From an uncultured delta proteobacterium (lineage in GTDB: Bacteria > Myxococcota_A > Polyangia > Polyangiales > Polyangiaceae): 32,000 nt of DNA. Position 1 is the stretch's first letter; each line of letters opens with the position of its first letter. The stretch spans positions 500,768 to 532,767 of the forward strand of contig CAWGVN010000001.1 of the NCBI GenBank assembly GCA_963826085.1, given 5' to 3'. Below are positions 1 through 8,178 of the stretch, piece after piece. The notes under the pieces are model-generated. The model did not search any database. It was given only the letters and a program-made list of their open reading frames with translations, and had not been told where the DNA came from. A program made the translations under genes and the position numbers.

Positions 1-1
1 C

Positions 2-523
2 GAACAGGACTGCTCCATCCCGGGCCACCCGGAGGTGTTCGCCATCGGCGACATCGCTGCATTCACGCCGGAGGGCTCGGACAGCGCGCTCCCGGGGCTC
101 GCGCCCGTGGCGATGCAGCAGGCGGCGCACGTGGCGGAGAGCATCACGCGCAGCATCGCCGGCCGGCCGCGCAAGCCGTTCCGCTACCGGGACAAGGGCA
201 TCATGGCCACGGTCGGCCGTTCGCGCGCGATCGCGCAGACGGGCTCGGCGCGTCTGAAGCTCTCCGGCCTGGTGGCGTGGCTGGCGTGGATCTTCGTCCA
301 CATCCGGTACCTGGTCGGCTACCGCAATCGCGTCAGCGTGTTCCTCAACTGGTTCTGGGCGTACCTGACCTACCGGCGAGGCGCGCGGCTCATCACCGGC
401 GACTACTCCTGGCGGCGGCTGCCGGGCGTCGCCGCGCGTGCCGGGCAGCCCGAACGACCGGACGGCGGGAGAGCCGCAGAGGATCCCGCCGGGCAGGACG
501 ACGCGCAGCCGCGCGCGGAGTAA
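2..523 (+). CDS. ndh: Type II NADH:quinone oxidoreductase (NDH-2), C-terminal part; the 5' end lies outside the window
   Basis: The frame is open from nt 2 (EQDCSIPGHPEVFAIGDIAAF...). It shows the typical NDH-2 second-dinucleotide-fold end motif (FAIGD) and a C-terminal membrane-anchoring amphipathic region (GLVAWLAWIFVHIRYLVGYRNR). Stop TAA at 521-523. Confidence 0.8.
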   Translation, partial: EQDCSIPGHPEVFAIGDIAAFTPEGSDSALPGLAPVAMQQAAHVAESITRSIAGRPRKPFRYRDKGIMATVGRSRAIAQTGSARLKLSGLVAWLAWIFVHIRYLVGYRNRVSVFLNWFWAYLTYRRGARLITGDYSWRRLPGVAARAGQPERPDGGRAAEDPAGQDDAQPRAE

Positions 524-536
524 CCTCCGCCCCAGC

Positions 537-2114
537 TTGTCTTCGTGGAAGTCCTGGCACTGGAAGCACGACTCCGGGCCGGCCGTCGCGCGGGTGTTCC
601 AGCGCGAGCTGGCGCTGGTGTTCCTGATCGCGTGGCTGTCGCTCGGCGCGCAGGTGACGCTGCTCATCGGCAGCCACGGGCTCTTGCCCGCACACGGCTG
701 GCTGCAGGCGCTGCGCGAGCACACGACGGCGGGCTTTGCGGAACTGCCCACGTGGATGTGGCTCGGCTCCAGCGACGCGCTGATCCGCGGCGGGATCTGG
801 CTCGGCGTGGCGCTCGCTCTGCTGGCGCTGTTCGGCTTCTGGCCGCGCGCCTGCTTCGCGCTCTCGACGCTGCTCTACCTGGGGTACGTGATCGCGTGCC
901 GCAGCTTCACCACCTTCCAGTGGGACAACCTGATCCTGGAATGCGGGCTGCTGGCGTGCTTCCTTCCGCGCGATCGACGGTCGAAGTGGATTCACTGGCT
1001 GTTCCGGCTGCTGCTCTTCAAGCTCTACTTCGAGTCCGGGCTCGCGAAGCTGCAGTCGCCCATCCACGACTGGGTCGACGGCAGCGCCATGCGCTTCTAC
1101 TACGAGACCGCGCCGATCCCGACGGCGCTGGCCTGGTACGCGCACCACCTGCCCGCCTGGTGGCACCACATCGAGAGCAACGCGACGCTGGTGTGGGAGA
1201 TGGGCGTGCCCGTGCTCATCTTCATGCCGCGGCGCGGGCGAATCGCGGCCGCGATCGTGTTCACGAGCTTCCAGCTCATCAACATCGCCACGGCGAACTA
1301 CGGCTTCTTCTCCTACCTGGCGCTCGCGCTCGGCATCTTCCTGCTGGAAGACCAGGACATCGAGCACATGCACGCCTGGGTCGGGCGGCGCGCGCGGCGC
1401 TCGAGGCGCCGGCATCCTGGGCTACGCCGCCCAACGGCGCGGCTGCGTCTCTTCCACCGCGCCTTCTCGCGCCTGCGGCTCGCGGTGACGCCGCGCATCC
1501 CGGCGCGGCTCGAGAGCCAGACGTGGCTCCGTGGCGCGCGCGGCGCGGGCGCGTACGGCTTCGCCGCGCTGTACATCGTCGTCTCGCTGAACAACGGCCT
1601 GACGCACTTCGACCGACCCGGGCCCTCGATTGGAGCGCTCGACACGCTGAGCGGAGAGCTCCGGCCATTCCGGGTGATCAACACCTACTACCTGTTCACC
1701 CAGGTGACGCGCATGCGCATCGAACCGCAGTTCCAGACCAGGGACGGCACGCGCTGGACCGAGCACAACATGTACTTCAAGCCGGGCCCGCTGGGGCGCG
1801 CGCCGCCTTTCGTCGCGCCGCACCAACCGCGGGTCGACTTCCTGCTCTGGTTCTATGGGCTCGGCTTCCGCCGCATGCCCGGCTACGTGGGCTCGCTGCT
1901 CGAGCACCTGTGCCGCGAGCCCGACGTCGTGCAGCCCCTGTTCGTCGATCGCCTGCCCGCCGATCCCCAGGCCGTGCGCATCGTCTTCTACGACTATCAC
2001 TTCACGACGCCCGCGGAGAAAGCCGCGACGGGCAACTGGTGGCGCCGCCGCGAGATCGCCCGGACGCGGGCGTTCAGCTGCGGGCTGTTCGCGGGACAGC
2101 TGACGCGACGCTAG
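537..2114 (+). CDS. Lipase maturation factor (LMF1)-family polytopic membrane protein
   Basis: Long ORF with high GC3. LMF-like motifs are present: LIGSHGLLPA, FQWDNLILECGLLACFL, KLYFESGLAKLQSP..DW.DGSAMRFYYET, and a C-terminal ...HQPRVDFLLWF... The start is uncertain. The ATG at 438 overlaps ndh, so I chose the TTG at 537, just after the ndh stop; GTG 594 is an alternative. Confidence 0.7.
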   Translation: MSSWKSWHWKHDSGPAVARVFQRELALVFLIAWLSLGAQVTLLIGSHGLLPAHGWLQALREHTTAGFAELPTWMWLGSSDALIRGGIWLGVALALLALFGFWPRACFALSTLLYLGYVIACRSFTTFQWDNLILECGLLACFLPRDRRSKWIHWLFRLLLFKLYFESGLAKLQSPIHDWVDGSAMRFYYETAPIPTALAWYAHHLPAWWHHIESNATLVWEMGVPVLIFMPRRGRIAAAIVFTSFQLINIATANYGFFSYLALALGIFLLEDQDIEHMHAWVGRRARRSRRRHPGLRRPTARLRLFHRAFSRLRLAVTPRIPARLESQTWLRGARGAGAYGFAALYIVVSLNNGLTHFDRPGPSIGALDTLSGELRPFRVINTYYLFTQVTRMRIEPQFQTRDGTRWTEHNMYFKPGPLGRAPPFVAPHQPRVDFLLWFYGLGFRRMPGYVGSLLEHLCREPDVVQPLFVDRLPADPQAVRIVFYDYHFTTPAEKAATGNWWRRREIARTRAFSCGLFAGQLTRR

Positions 2115-2234
2115 CCATCGCCCCGGCGCGCAACGACGCGCGCCCGCCCCCGGCGGGGCCCGGCGGGGGGTCTCCGGGATGCGATAGGCGAGCTGCGAGC
2201 CCGACCCAGGCCGGACCCGCAACGACCGCGACCA

Positions 2235-2558
2235 TCAACGCCCGACGGAAACCCGCACCAACGTGCCGATCACGCGATCGAACTGCCGCACCAGCGCAGC
2301 GTCCAGCTCCGGCATGTACCCCAGCGCCGCAGCAACCTCGAAGCAAGCCTGCACCTCGCGCAGCGAGCCGAGCGCGGTGTGGTAGCGCACCGCGCGATTC
2401 TTGCCGCGGCTGTATGACCCCTCCGCCGTGTTGAGCGGCGCGCTGGCAAGCGCCCGCCGACACTGCCGAGCCAGGTCGGGGTCATGCCGCTCCAGCTGAC
2501 GCAATAGCGGCCGGAGCGAACGAACGAGGTCGAGCAGAACAGGATAGATACGCAACAT
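2235..2558 (-). CDS. Four-helix-bundle protein (23S rRNA intervening-sequence protein / Avd-like family), 107 aa
   Basis: MLRIYPVLLDLVRSLRPLLRQLERHDPDLARQCRRALASAPLNTAEGSYSRGKNRAVRYHTALGSLREVQACFEVAAALGYM... matches the family signature (..A..S...NIAEG..R.s..e...f...A.GSl.E....l.. ). The ATG is at 2558-2556 (minus strand), preceded by AAGGAG 7 nt upstream. The longer ORF-track version (to 2744) is an upstream extension without coding character. Confidence 0.85.
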   Translation of the reverse strand: MLRIYPVLLDLVRSLRPLLRQLERHDPDLARQCRRALASAPLNTAEGSYSRGKNRAVRYHTALGSLREVQACFEVAAALGYMPELDAALVRQFDRVIGTLVRVSVGR

Positions 2559-2836
2559 GATGCAACTCCTTGGCAGCCCCAAGCCCGCCAACCGAGCGAG
2601 GGCGAAGCCCGAACCGCCGCCGCGCGCAGGAGCTGTCCAGGCTGCGAGCGATAGCGAGCACCGCCCGCAGCCGCGCGCAGCACCCGAAGAGTGCGAGCAC
2701 GGCGAGGACGGCCCCGGCCTGGACAGCTCCGAGCACGGCGGCATCCTGAAAAAGCCACGAGAGGCCCTCTCGCTCTCCCCCCAAGCCCTGTGCGCGCGAG
2801 GCGAAGCCGAAGCGCGCCCCGCCCTACGCGCTCGCC
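2251..2836. repeat. Copy 1 of a ~586-bp direct repeat (four-helix-bundle ORF minus its last 5 codons, plus ~280 bp of leader)
   Basis: Base-by-base comparison with 10361-10916. The copies are identical except for substitutions at 2432/10512, 2439/10519, 2811/10891 and 2830/10910, and a 30-bp segment (2353-2382) that is absent from copy 2. Confidence 0.9.
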
Positions 2837-3080
2837 GCTAGAGAAGGGCCAGTTCCCGCGCGAGGCGAATCATGCGCCTGGCTCCAGCCGCGGGCGCGTG
2901 GCTGTACCGTGACAGCCTTATGCAACGCATGAGGCGCGCCGTGCGCGAGAATCGCGCCGACCTGCGCGAACGCGACTGACTTCCACACGGACGCTAGGAG
3001 ACGTCGGCGTCGAGCTGTCGCTCTCGTCGATGACACGCCGCGCCTCCGGCGCCGGTCGGCGCACATCCGCCCACCTATCT

Positions 3081-3131
3081 TCCCTCCGGAGGGAATGCCG
3101 CATTGTAGATTCACCCAGGAACCGGCATTAT
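3081..3131 (+). promoter_or_regulatory. Candidate promoter/operator upstream of the giant secreted-protein operon
   Basis: A locally A+T-richer patch carries TTGTAG (3103-3108), a 17-nt spacer and CATTAT (3126-3131). A perfect 14-bp palindrome TCCCTCCGGAGGGA lies at 3081-3094. A 7-bp inverted repeat AATGCCG (3094-3100) / CGGCATT (3123-3129) brackets the -35 and overlaps the -10. The site lies about 80 nt upstream of the GTG at 3211. Confidence 0.3.
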
Positions 3132-3210
3132 CGTTCCAGGCGCCAAACTGGGGGCGCGGAAGGCAGCGGGACATGGCGGGCAGGGCGATCATCAGCCATC
3201 AGCCATCAGG

Positions 3211-6200
3211 GTGGCACGGCGCGCGCTGTTGTTGTGTGCAGGACTCTGCACGTGCCTTTTCGTGCTGGCCGCGGCGCGGTCGGCACGCGCGGTCACGATC
3301 ACGCAGGTGACGACCGGACCTGACTGCGAGCTGCCGTACAACCCGTACACGCACGAGACGGCGACGCCGCACGCCTCGTACTACGACCAGAACGCGAGCA
3401 CCGACTACAGTTACCTGTGCTCGCTCGACGAGGATCACGACGGACTGGACGATCACATCGAGAACGTCATTGCGAAGTGCTTCGATCCGTACCTGTTGTT
3501 CGACAGTGGGGAGGAGACGGTCGACACGAGACCCAACCTACCCGGCGACACCGAACCCCTGGCGCTGTACACCGTGGAACCCACGAAGAGCCAGAACAAG
3601 ACTGTTTCACTCAGGTGGGTACTCGTGTTCGACCAGGACGGCGGGTTCGAGAAGATCACGGGGCTGGCCACGGTTCACAACTTCGGCCTCGACAGGCACA
3701 AGGGCGACACGCAGTACGTCTCGACGCGCGTGAAGCTCGATACGCATCCAGATGGGAGTTGGTACGCCCACCTGGAGATGGTGTACTTCGGCGACGCGAC
3801 CTGGGACGAACAGGTGCCCGCCACGTCGGACGACCAGTTGACGTGCAAGGATATCGATGGCTACGCGGCGCTTGGGATTCCTGGGTTCAACCCGCCCGTA
3901 CCGGATCCGCTGGCCGACTGGAAGGCGCGGAAGTGCTTGCCGTCGAAGGGATACGTCGCCCACCTGGAGGTCACCGACACGGGCCACCCTGTCGTCTACC
4001 TGAGCGCGAACAAGCACCACACATTCCCGCACGCGCAGAGCGAGTACCCCTGGTTGAGGGTGTACTTGCACGATCCGATTTTTCCCGATGTCACCTTGGT
4101 AGGGGAGTACGATCGTGCGAACGGCAAATTCAAGCCGATCTTGCCGGTGATCGAGACCGACAGCGGCCAGCCGCTGAACGTGGGTCACCTCGAGGCGACC
4201 TCCGACTATCCCGCTGACCAGCATACCGAAGCCTGCCAGGTCGCCCAGCAGGAGTACCTGACCTATCAGCTCTCGTGCCAGTGCAATGACCCAGGTTGCC
4301 CCGTGCAGGCGCCCCAGGACGCCTGCGACACGGCCTGGCAGACGTACCTGGAGCAAAAGGCCATCTGCAACACCGCCGACAAGAACCCCAGCCCGAACCG
4401 CAACCGCTGCTTGGGGGACAACCCTCCCTATCTGGACGTGGCGGCAGATCACTTTCTGACCGACGCGGAGTTCAACGGCTTCGGCTACGCGGGGTCGCTG
4501 ACCAATACCAAGGCGTTCTGCGGGTTGGACCCTCCGGGGTGCGATTCCGAGGCCACGGACATCATTCACTGGCTGAAATGGGAAGGCCCCGACCCGATCG
4601 ACGAGGACGGGGACGGCATCCGGAACTTCGACGACAACTGCCCGCTCAAGAACAATCCGTCCCAGGAGCCGGATGCGTCCCACGACGGCTTCGGCAAGGA
4701 CTGCGACCCGGAGAGTACCCTGGGTGACCCGAACACCTACGTACACGGCTACGACCGCTGGGTCGGCGGGGGTAATGCGGAAAAGAAGCTGCCCGCGCTC
4801 GCCCCGAACTGGCTCAAGAGCTACCCGAAGCTCGCGGGCATGCTCGACAGCGACGGGGACGGGAAGATCAACGGCTACGACTTCTGCCCGTTCACCGCGG
4901 CCGGCACCGTCAACACCAACCGCCGCAGCGAGGATCTCGCCTTCCCATCGGACAGCTACCGCTATGCGCACTACGGCTATTCCCGGCGCGGCAACGCGTG
5001 CGATCCGTTCGAGAGCACTTTCGTGAAGCCGCTGTTCCCCGCGTCGAACACCCTGCTGCTGGACGTGGATTGCTACAACGCCGATCCCAACCACCCCTGG
5101 CTCGATACCAAGAGCCCCGTGCAGGTCGACTACGCCGCGGTGAAGGGCCTGAGCGCCAACGATCCGGCGCTGCATCCCAACCCCGATACGTACGCGAACC
5201 GTGCCGCTGAACTTCTTGGCAAGTCCAAGACCGTGCCGGCGACGCCCGAGCGCTGCGCGTGCCAGCTACCGAACTCGCCAGCGTGGAGCACCTGCGCGCA
5301 CGCGTTCAACTCGCCCTGCCGCGTGGACTCCGGCCTGAACGGCCACGATCCGAAGCCGGGCGTTGTTGAGGACGGCTGGCATCCCCTCGGTCCGTCCGAC
5401 TGCCAGGAGAACCCGTCCACCGGCTACTGCAAACCCATGTCGCTGAAGGCACGCCCGACGATCCCGCGCGACTGCGACCCCTACAAGGGCCAGTGCACCT
5501 TCCCGCCGTCCGACTGGCTCGGGTGGGAGGTCTGGCCCCAACGCATGCTCTGGGATTGGGAGGCCGAGAAGACGAAGCATCCGGATCACCTGCCGAACGA
5601 CCTCTTCGAAAACGTGCCCAGGTTCGCCGGAGACGGAAAAGCGCCCCCCGACCCGCTCCTCGCCGAGAGCGCGACGTACCAGCGCAGCAGGTACCCGTTC
5701 CTGTTCGGCTCGGAGGTGGCGCGCGAGGCGTCGGTCGACCCGTCGAGCAAGTTCTGGTTCCCCCGCACCAGTCAGGCGCCCTACGTCGAGCCGCGCGAGT
5801 TCGGCCAGGAGCCGGACGTGGACATCTCGCTAGACCAGGGCTCCGGCGGCTACCCGGGCCAGTACATCCAGTCGCGCCGCCTGCGCTCGTACTTCGCGCT
5901 GTGGGGCGACCAGACCCGGCCCGAGAACCACCCCTATCTGAGCGGGGCGCACCGCGTGAAGCTCCAGCCACTTCCGCCGCCCTGCCAGCATGTCTGGGAC
6001 CAGTTCGATATCCACGAGGCGCTGGTGAACATCATCTGGCCGCCGGATCCGGAAGGCTCCGAGATGCTCGACACGTCGCCCATCAGTGTCGTATCGCAGC
6101 CGCGCGGCTTCGCCCTGATCGCAAGCCGCCCCGGCGTCGCGGCGGTGGCCGATGTGCTCGACCTTTCCACGGGCCAGGCGCTTCCGGTCGTGGTCGCGGC

Positions 6201-8178
6201 CCTGGACGACGGCGCGCCGACAAAGGGCGCACTGTCGGCGATGGCGGCCGTCAACAGCGACACGAATCTGGCCGATCTGCTCGCGGCCGCGCCGAACGGA
6301 GCCGACGTGGCGGCGCTGGCGACGCGCAAGGACGGGTCGTCCACGCGGCCCGAGCTCCTGGTCGTGCTGTACGGCGACGGCACGACCAATTTCCCGGGCA
6401 CCTGGTTCAAGCTCGAGCCGCTCGGCATCGACCCGACCGCGGGGGCGCGCTACGCTATCCGGAGCGTGGGGTTTCTTCCGGCGGACTTCGGCAGAGGCGT
6501 GCTCAGAGCGGACACGATCGCCGGAGCCGCGGTGGAGTTCGTCGAGCCGGGGGTCGATCGCAGAGCGGGCCTCTGGCGCTTCGACGCGGACCAGTGGAGC
6601 GAGACGGCGCTCCCCTCCGCTCTGGAGACGCGCCAGCACGCGGCCTACCTCGTGCACAATGCCGTGCTGTTCCGCGCCGGCGGCGCCGACAGCGACGGCA
6701 ATCTCGTCGGCGACACGCTGGCGCTGGAGACGCGCAGCGGGCGCGAGTACGACAAGACCCCGACGTGGGTCCCGCGCAGCGATCCGGCGCTGGCGTGGGA
6801 CGAGGAGCGCGGCGGGCTGGTATACGGCGGCGGCTTCGACGCGAGCGGTAATCCGCACAGCGACCTGTGGGTCGTCGGGCTGCCGGGTATCGCGCCGCAG
6901 CTGATGCTGCCGGACGCGTCGGGTCCCGACGCGCCGCAGCTCCAGGCGAGCTCGCTGGTACTGGCCGGCGCTGAGAGCCGCCAGGCGGTCGTGCTCGGCA
7001 CCTCGCGCGTCGAGAACGCGATCGCCGGCGCCTGGCGCGGCGCAGTCGACGGCTGGCACCCGCAGAGCGTGCTGTCGCTCGGCGTCGGGACCGGAGTGGA
7101 CCGCTGCTCCGACGGCTCGACGCCGCGACTCTGCGCGGACGGCGCCAGCGACTGGTGGGGCGATCCGGGGCACATGGCGTGCAGCCCGCTGGCGGCCGGC
7201 ACCTGCACGTCGGCGTCGCAACCGACGCTGGGCGCAAGCCGGGAGCTGCCGGTCCGGAGGGCGCGCTCGGCTGATCTGGACGTCATGACGACGTGGGTGG
7301 GCGCAGGAGCGCACGTCGAGAACTGGAGCGACAGCGATGCGCCCGTGCTGCGCGGGCGCATCGGCGTTCGCGCGCCTGTGATCAGCGTCCGCGCCGGGAA
7401 CGGCGTCGCGGCGGTGGCCACGCGGCGCGGTCTCGTCATCGTCTCGCGCGACAACGGCCAGCTACACGCGAGCGACCCGCTGCGGCTGTGCGGTCGCCCG
7501 CTGGCCGCGGAACCGCTGCACGACGGGCGTTGGGTCGTCTCCACGTCCGCCGGCGTCGCGCTGGTGTCGGTGGACTACGCCGGAACGCCGTCGATCGACG
7601 AGGCAGCCCTGCTCCTGCCCGACAAGCACGGCTGGGGCGCCTACCACGTGCAGCCGAGCCACTGTGCGACGCACGCCGTGTGCCGCGTTGCGGACGCGAT
7701 GGTGTGTGCGGGCGGGCGCTGCGGCGACGGCCGGGCCGTATCGCCGCTGGCGCTGGTCGGCGATCGGGTGGCGATCGCTCCCGCGCTCGGAGTAACGGAC
7801 AGCTGGTTCCACGGAGCGGGGCACGGCCACCACGCGAAGCATGGGCAGCAAGGGAAGGACGACGACGATCGCGGCCCCCGTAGCGCCCCCGTGCTGCTGC
7901 TCGGCCACGACGGCGACGGCTGGCACGTGCTGTCGGAGGCGACCGTGGAAGGCCGGGTCGAAGCGCTGCGTGCGTCGGGCGCGTGGGTGTACGCGGTGAC
8001 CCACGAAGGACACGGCCGGCGCGGCCAAGAGCTGGATCCCGCGCTCGGTGTTGCGGACGACGAGTTCACGACCGAGGAGACGCACGACATACCGTGGTGG
8101 GTCGAGCGCCGCGACACGCCGGACCGCCGGCTGCGTGTCAGCCACGGCGACGTGCAGATTGCGCAGGTCGCTCCGTGA
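3211..8178 (+). CDS. Giant secreted multidomain protein (1655 aa): signal peptide, Vps62/DUF946-like N-terminal region, Cys-rich region with thrombospondin type-3-like Ca-binding repeats, Kelch-like repeats, LVIVD-like C-terminal propeller
   Basis: Uninterrupted ORF with high GC3. The GTG start is followed by MARRALLLCAGLCTCLFVLAAARSARA (signal peptide). Vps62-like motifs are FDPYLLFDSGEE, HKGDTQYVSTRV and HPVVYLSANKHHTFPH. TSP3-like repeats are DEDGDGIRNFDDNCPLKNNPSQEPDASHDGFGKDCD (~4598-4710) and DSDGDGKINGYDFCPF (~4849-4895). Kelch-like sequence is ...LFRAGGADSDGNL... / GGLVYGGGFDASGNPHSDLWVV (~6630-6880). GLVIVSRDNGQ-type repeats lie near the C-terminus. Confidence 0.85.
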   Translation: MARRALLLCAGLCTCLFVLAAARSARAVTITQVTTGPDCELPYNPYTHETATPHASYYDQNASTDYSYLCSLDEDHDGLDDHIENVIAKCFDPYLLFDSGEETVDTRPNLPGDTEPLALYTVEPTKSQNKTVSLRWVLVFDQDGGFEKITGLATVHNFGLDRHKGDTQYVSTRVKLDTHPDGSWYAHLEMVYFGDATWDEQVPATSDDQLTCKDIDGYAALGIPGFNPPVPDPLADWKARKCLPSKGYVAHLEVTDTGHPVVYLSANKHHTFPHAQSEYPWLRVYLHDPIFPDVTLVGEYDRANGKFKPILPVIETDSGQPLNVGHLEATSDYPADQHTEACQVAQQEYLTYQLSCQCNDPGCPVQAPQDACDTAWQTYLEQKAICNTADKNPSPNRNRCLGDNPPYLDVAADHFLTDAEFNGFGYAGSLTNTKAFCGLDPPGCDSEATDIIHWLKWEGPDPIDEDGDGIRNFDDNCPLKNNPSQEPDASHDGFGKDCDPESTLGDPNTYVHGYDRWVGGGNAEKKLPALAPNWLKSYPKLAGMLDSDGDGKINGYDFCPFTAAGTVNTNRRSEDLAFPSDSYRYAHYGYSRRGNACDPFESTFVKPLFPASNTLLLDVDCYNADPNHPWLDTKSPVQVDYAAVKGLSANDPALHPNPDTYANRAAELLGKSKTVPATPERCACQLPNSPAWSTCAHAFNSPCRVDSGLNGHDPKPGVVEDGWHPLGPSDCQENPSTGYCKPMSLKARPTIPRDCDPYKGQCTFPPSDWLGWEVWPQRMLWDWEAEKTKHPDHLPNDLFENVPRFAGDGKAPPDPLLAESATYQRSRYPFLFGSEVAREASVDPSSKFWFPRTSQAPYVEPREFGQEPDVDISLDQGSGGYPGQYIQSRRLRSYFALWGDQTRPENHPYLSGAHRVKLQPLPPPCQHVWDQFDIHEALVNIIWPPDPEGSEMLDTSPISVVSQPRGFALIASRPGVAAVADVLDLSTGQALPVVVAALDDGAPTKGALSAMAAVNSDTNLADLLAAAPNGADVAALATRKDGSSTRPELLVVLYGDGTTNFPGTWFKLEPLGIDPTAGARYAIRSVGFLPADFGRGVLRADTIAGAAVEFVEPGVDRRAGLWRFDADQWSETALPSALETRQHAAYLVHNAVLFRAGGADSDGNLVGDTLALETRSGREYDKTPTWVPRSDPALAWDEERGGLVYGGGFDASGNPHSDLWVVGLPGIAPQLMLPDASGPDAPQLQASSLVLAGAESRQAVVLGTSRVENAIAGAWRGAVDGWHPQSVLSLGVGTGVDRCSDGSTPRLCADGASDWWGDPGHMACSPLAAGTCTSASQPTLGASRELPVRRARSADLDVMTTWVGAGAHVENWSDSDAPVLRGRIGVRAPVISVRAGNGVAAVATRRGLVIVSRDNGQLHASDPLRLCGRPLAAEPLHDGRWVVSTSAGVALVSVDYAGTPSIDEAALLLPDKHGWGAYHVQPSHCATHAVCRVADAMVCAGGRCGDGRAVSPLALVGDRVAIAPALGVTDSWFHGAGHGHHAKHGQQGKDDDDRGPRSAPVLLLGHDGDGWHVLSEATVEGRVEALRASGAWVYAVTHEGHGRRGQELDPALGVADDEFTTEETHDIPWWVERRDTPDRRLRVSHGDVQIAQVAP

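Noticed and set aside
393-2434. Long alternative-frame ORFs overlapping the LMF gene (393-1415 minus, 545-2434 plus, 1422-2222 minus, and others)
   Set aside because: Their translations are Arg/Ala/Pro/Gly-rich with no motifs. That is typical of off-frame ORFs in high-GC DNA. The LMF frame has recognisable family motifs and TM helices.
2482-2784. 100-aa hydrophobic ORF (TTG start) in the cassette leader, duplicated at 10562-10864, and the plus-strand ORFs 2557-2841 / 10637 onward
   Set aside because: It overlaps the four-helix-bundle start by 77 nt. It has no SD and contains the 13-bp inverted repeat arms. Composition alone cannot distinguish it from chance in this GC background. I kept it as a caveat to the structured-leader finding. 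The 110-codon N-terminal extension of the VWA ORF is simply the repeat read through.
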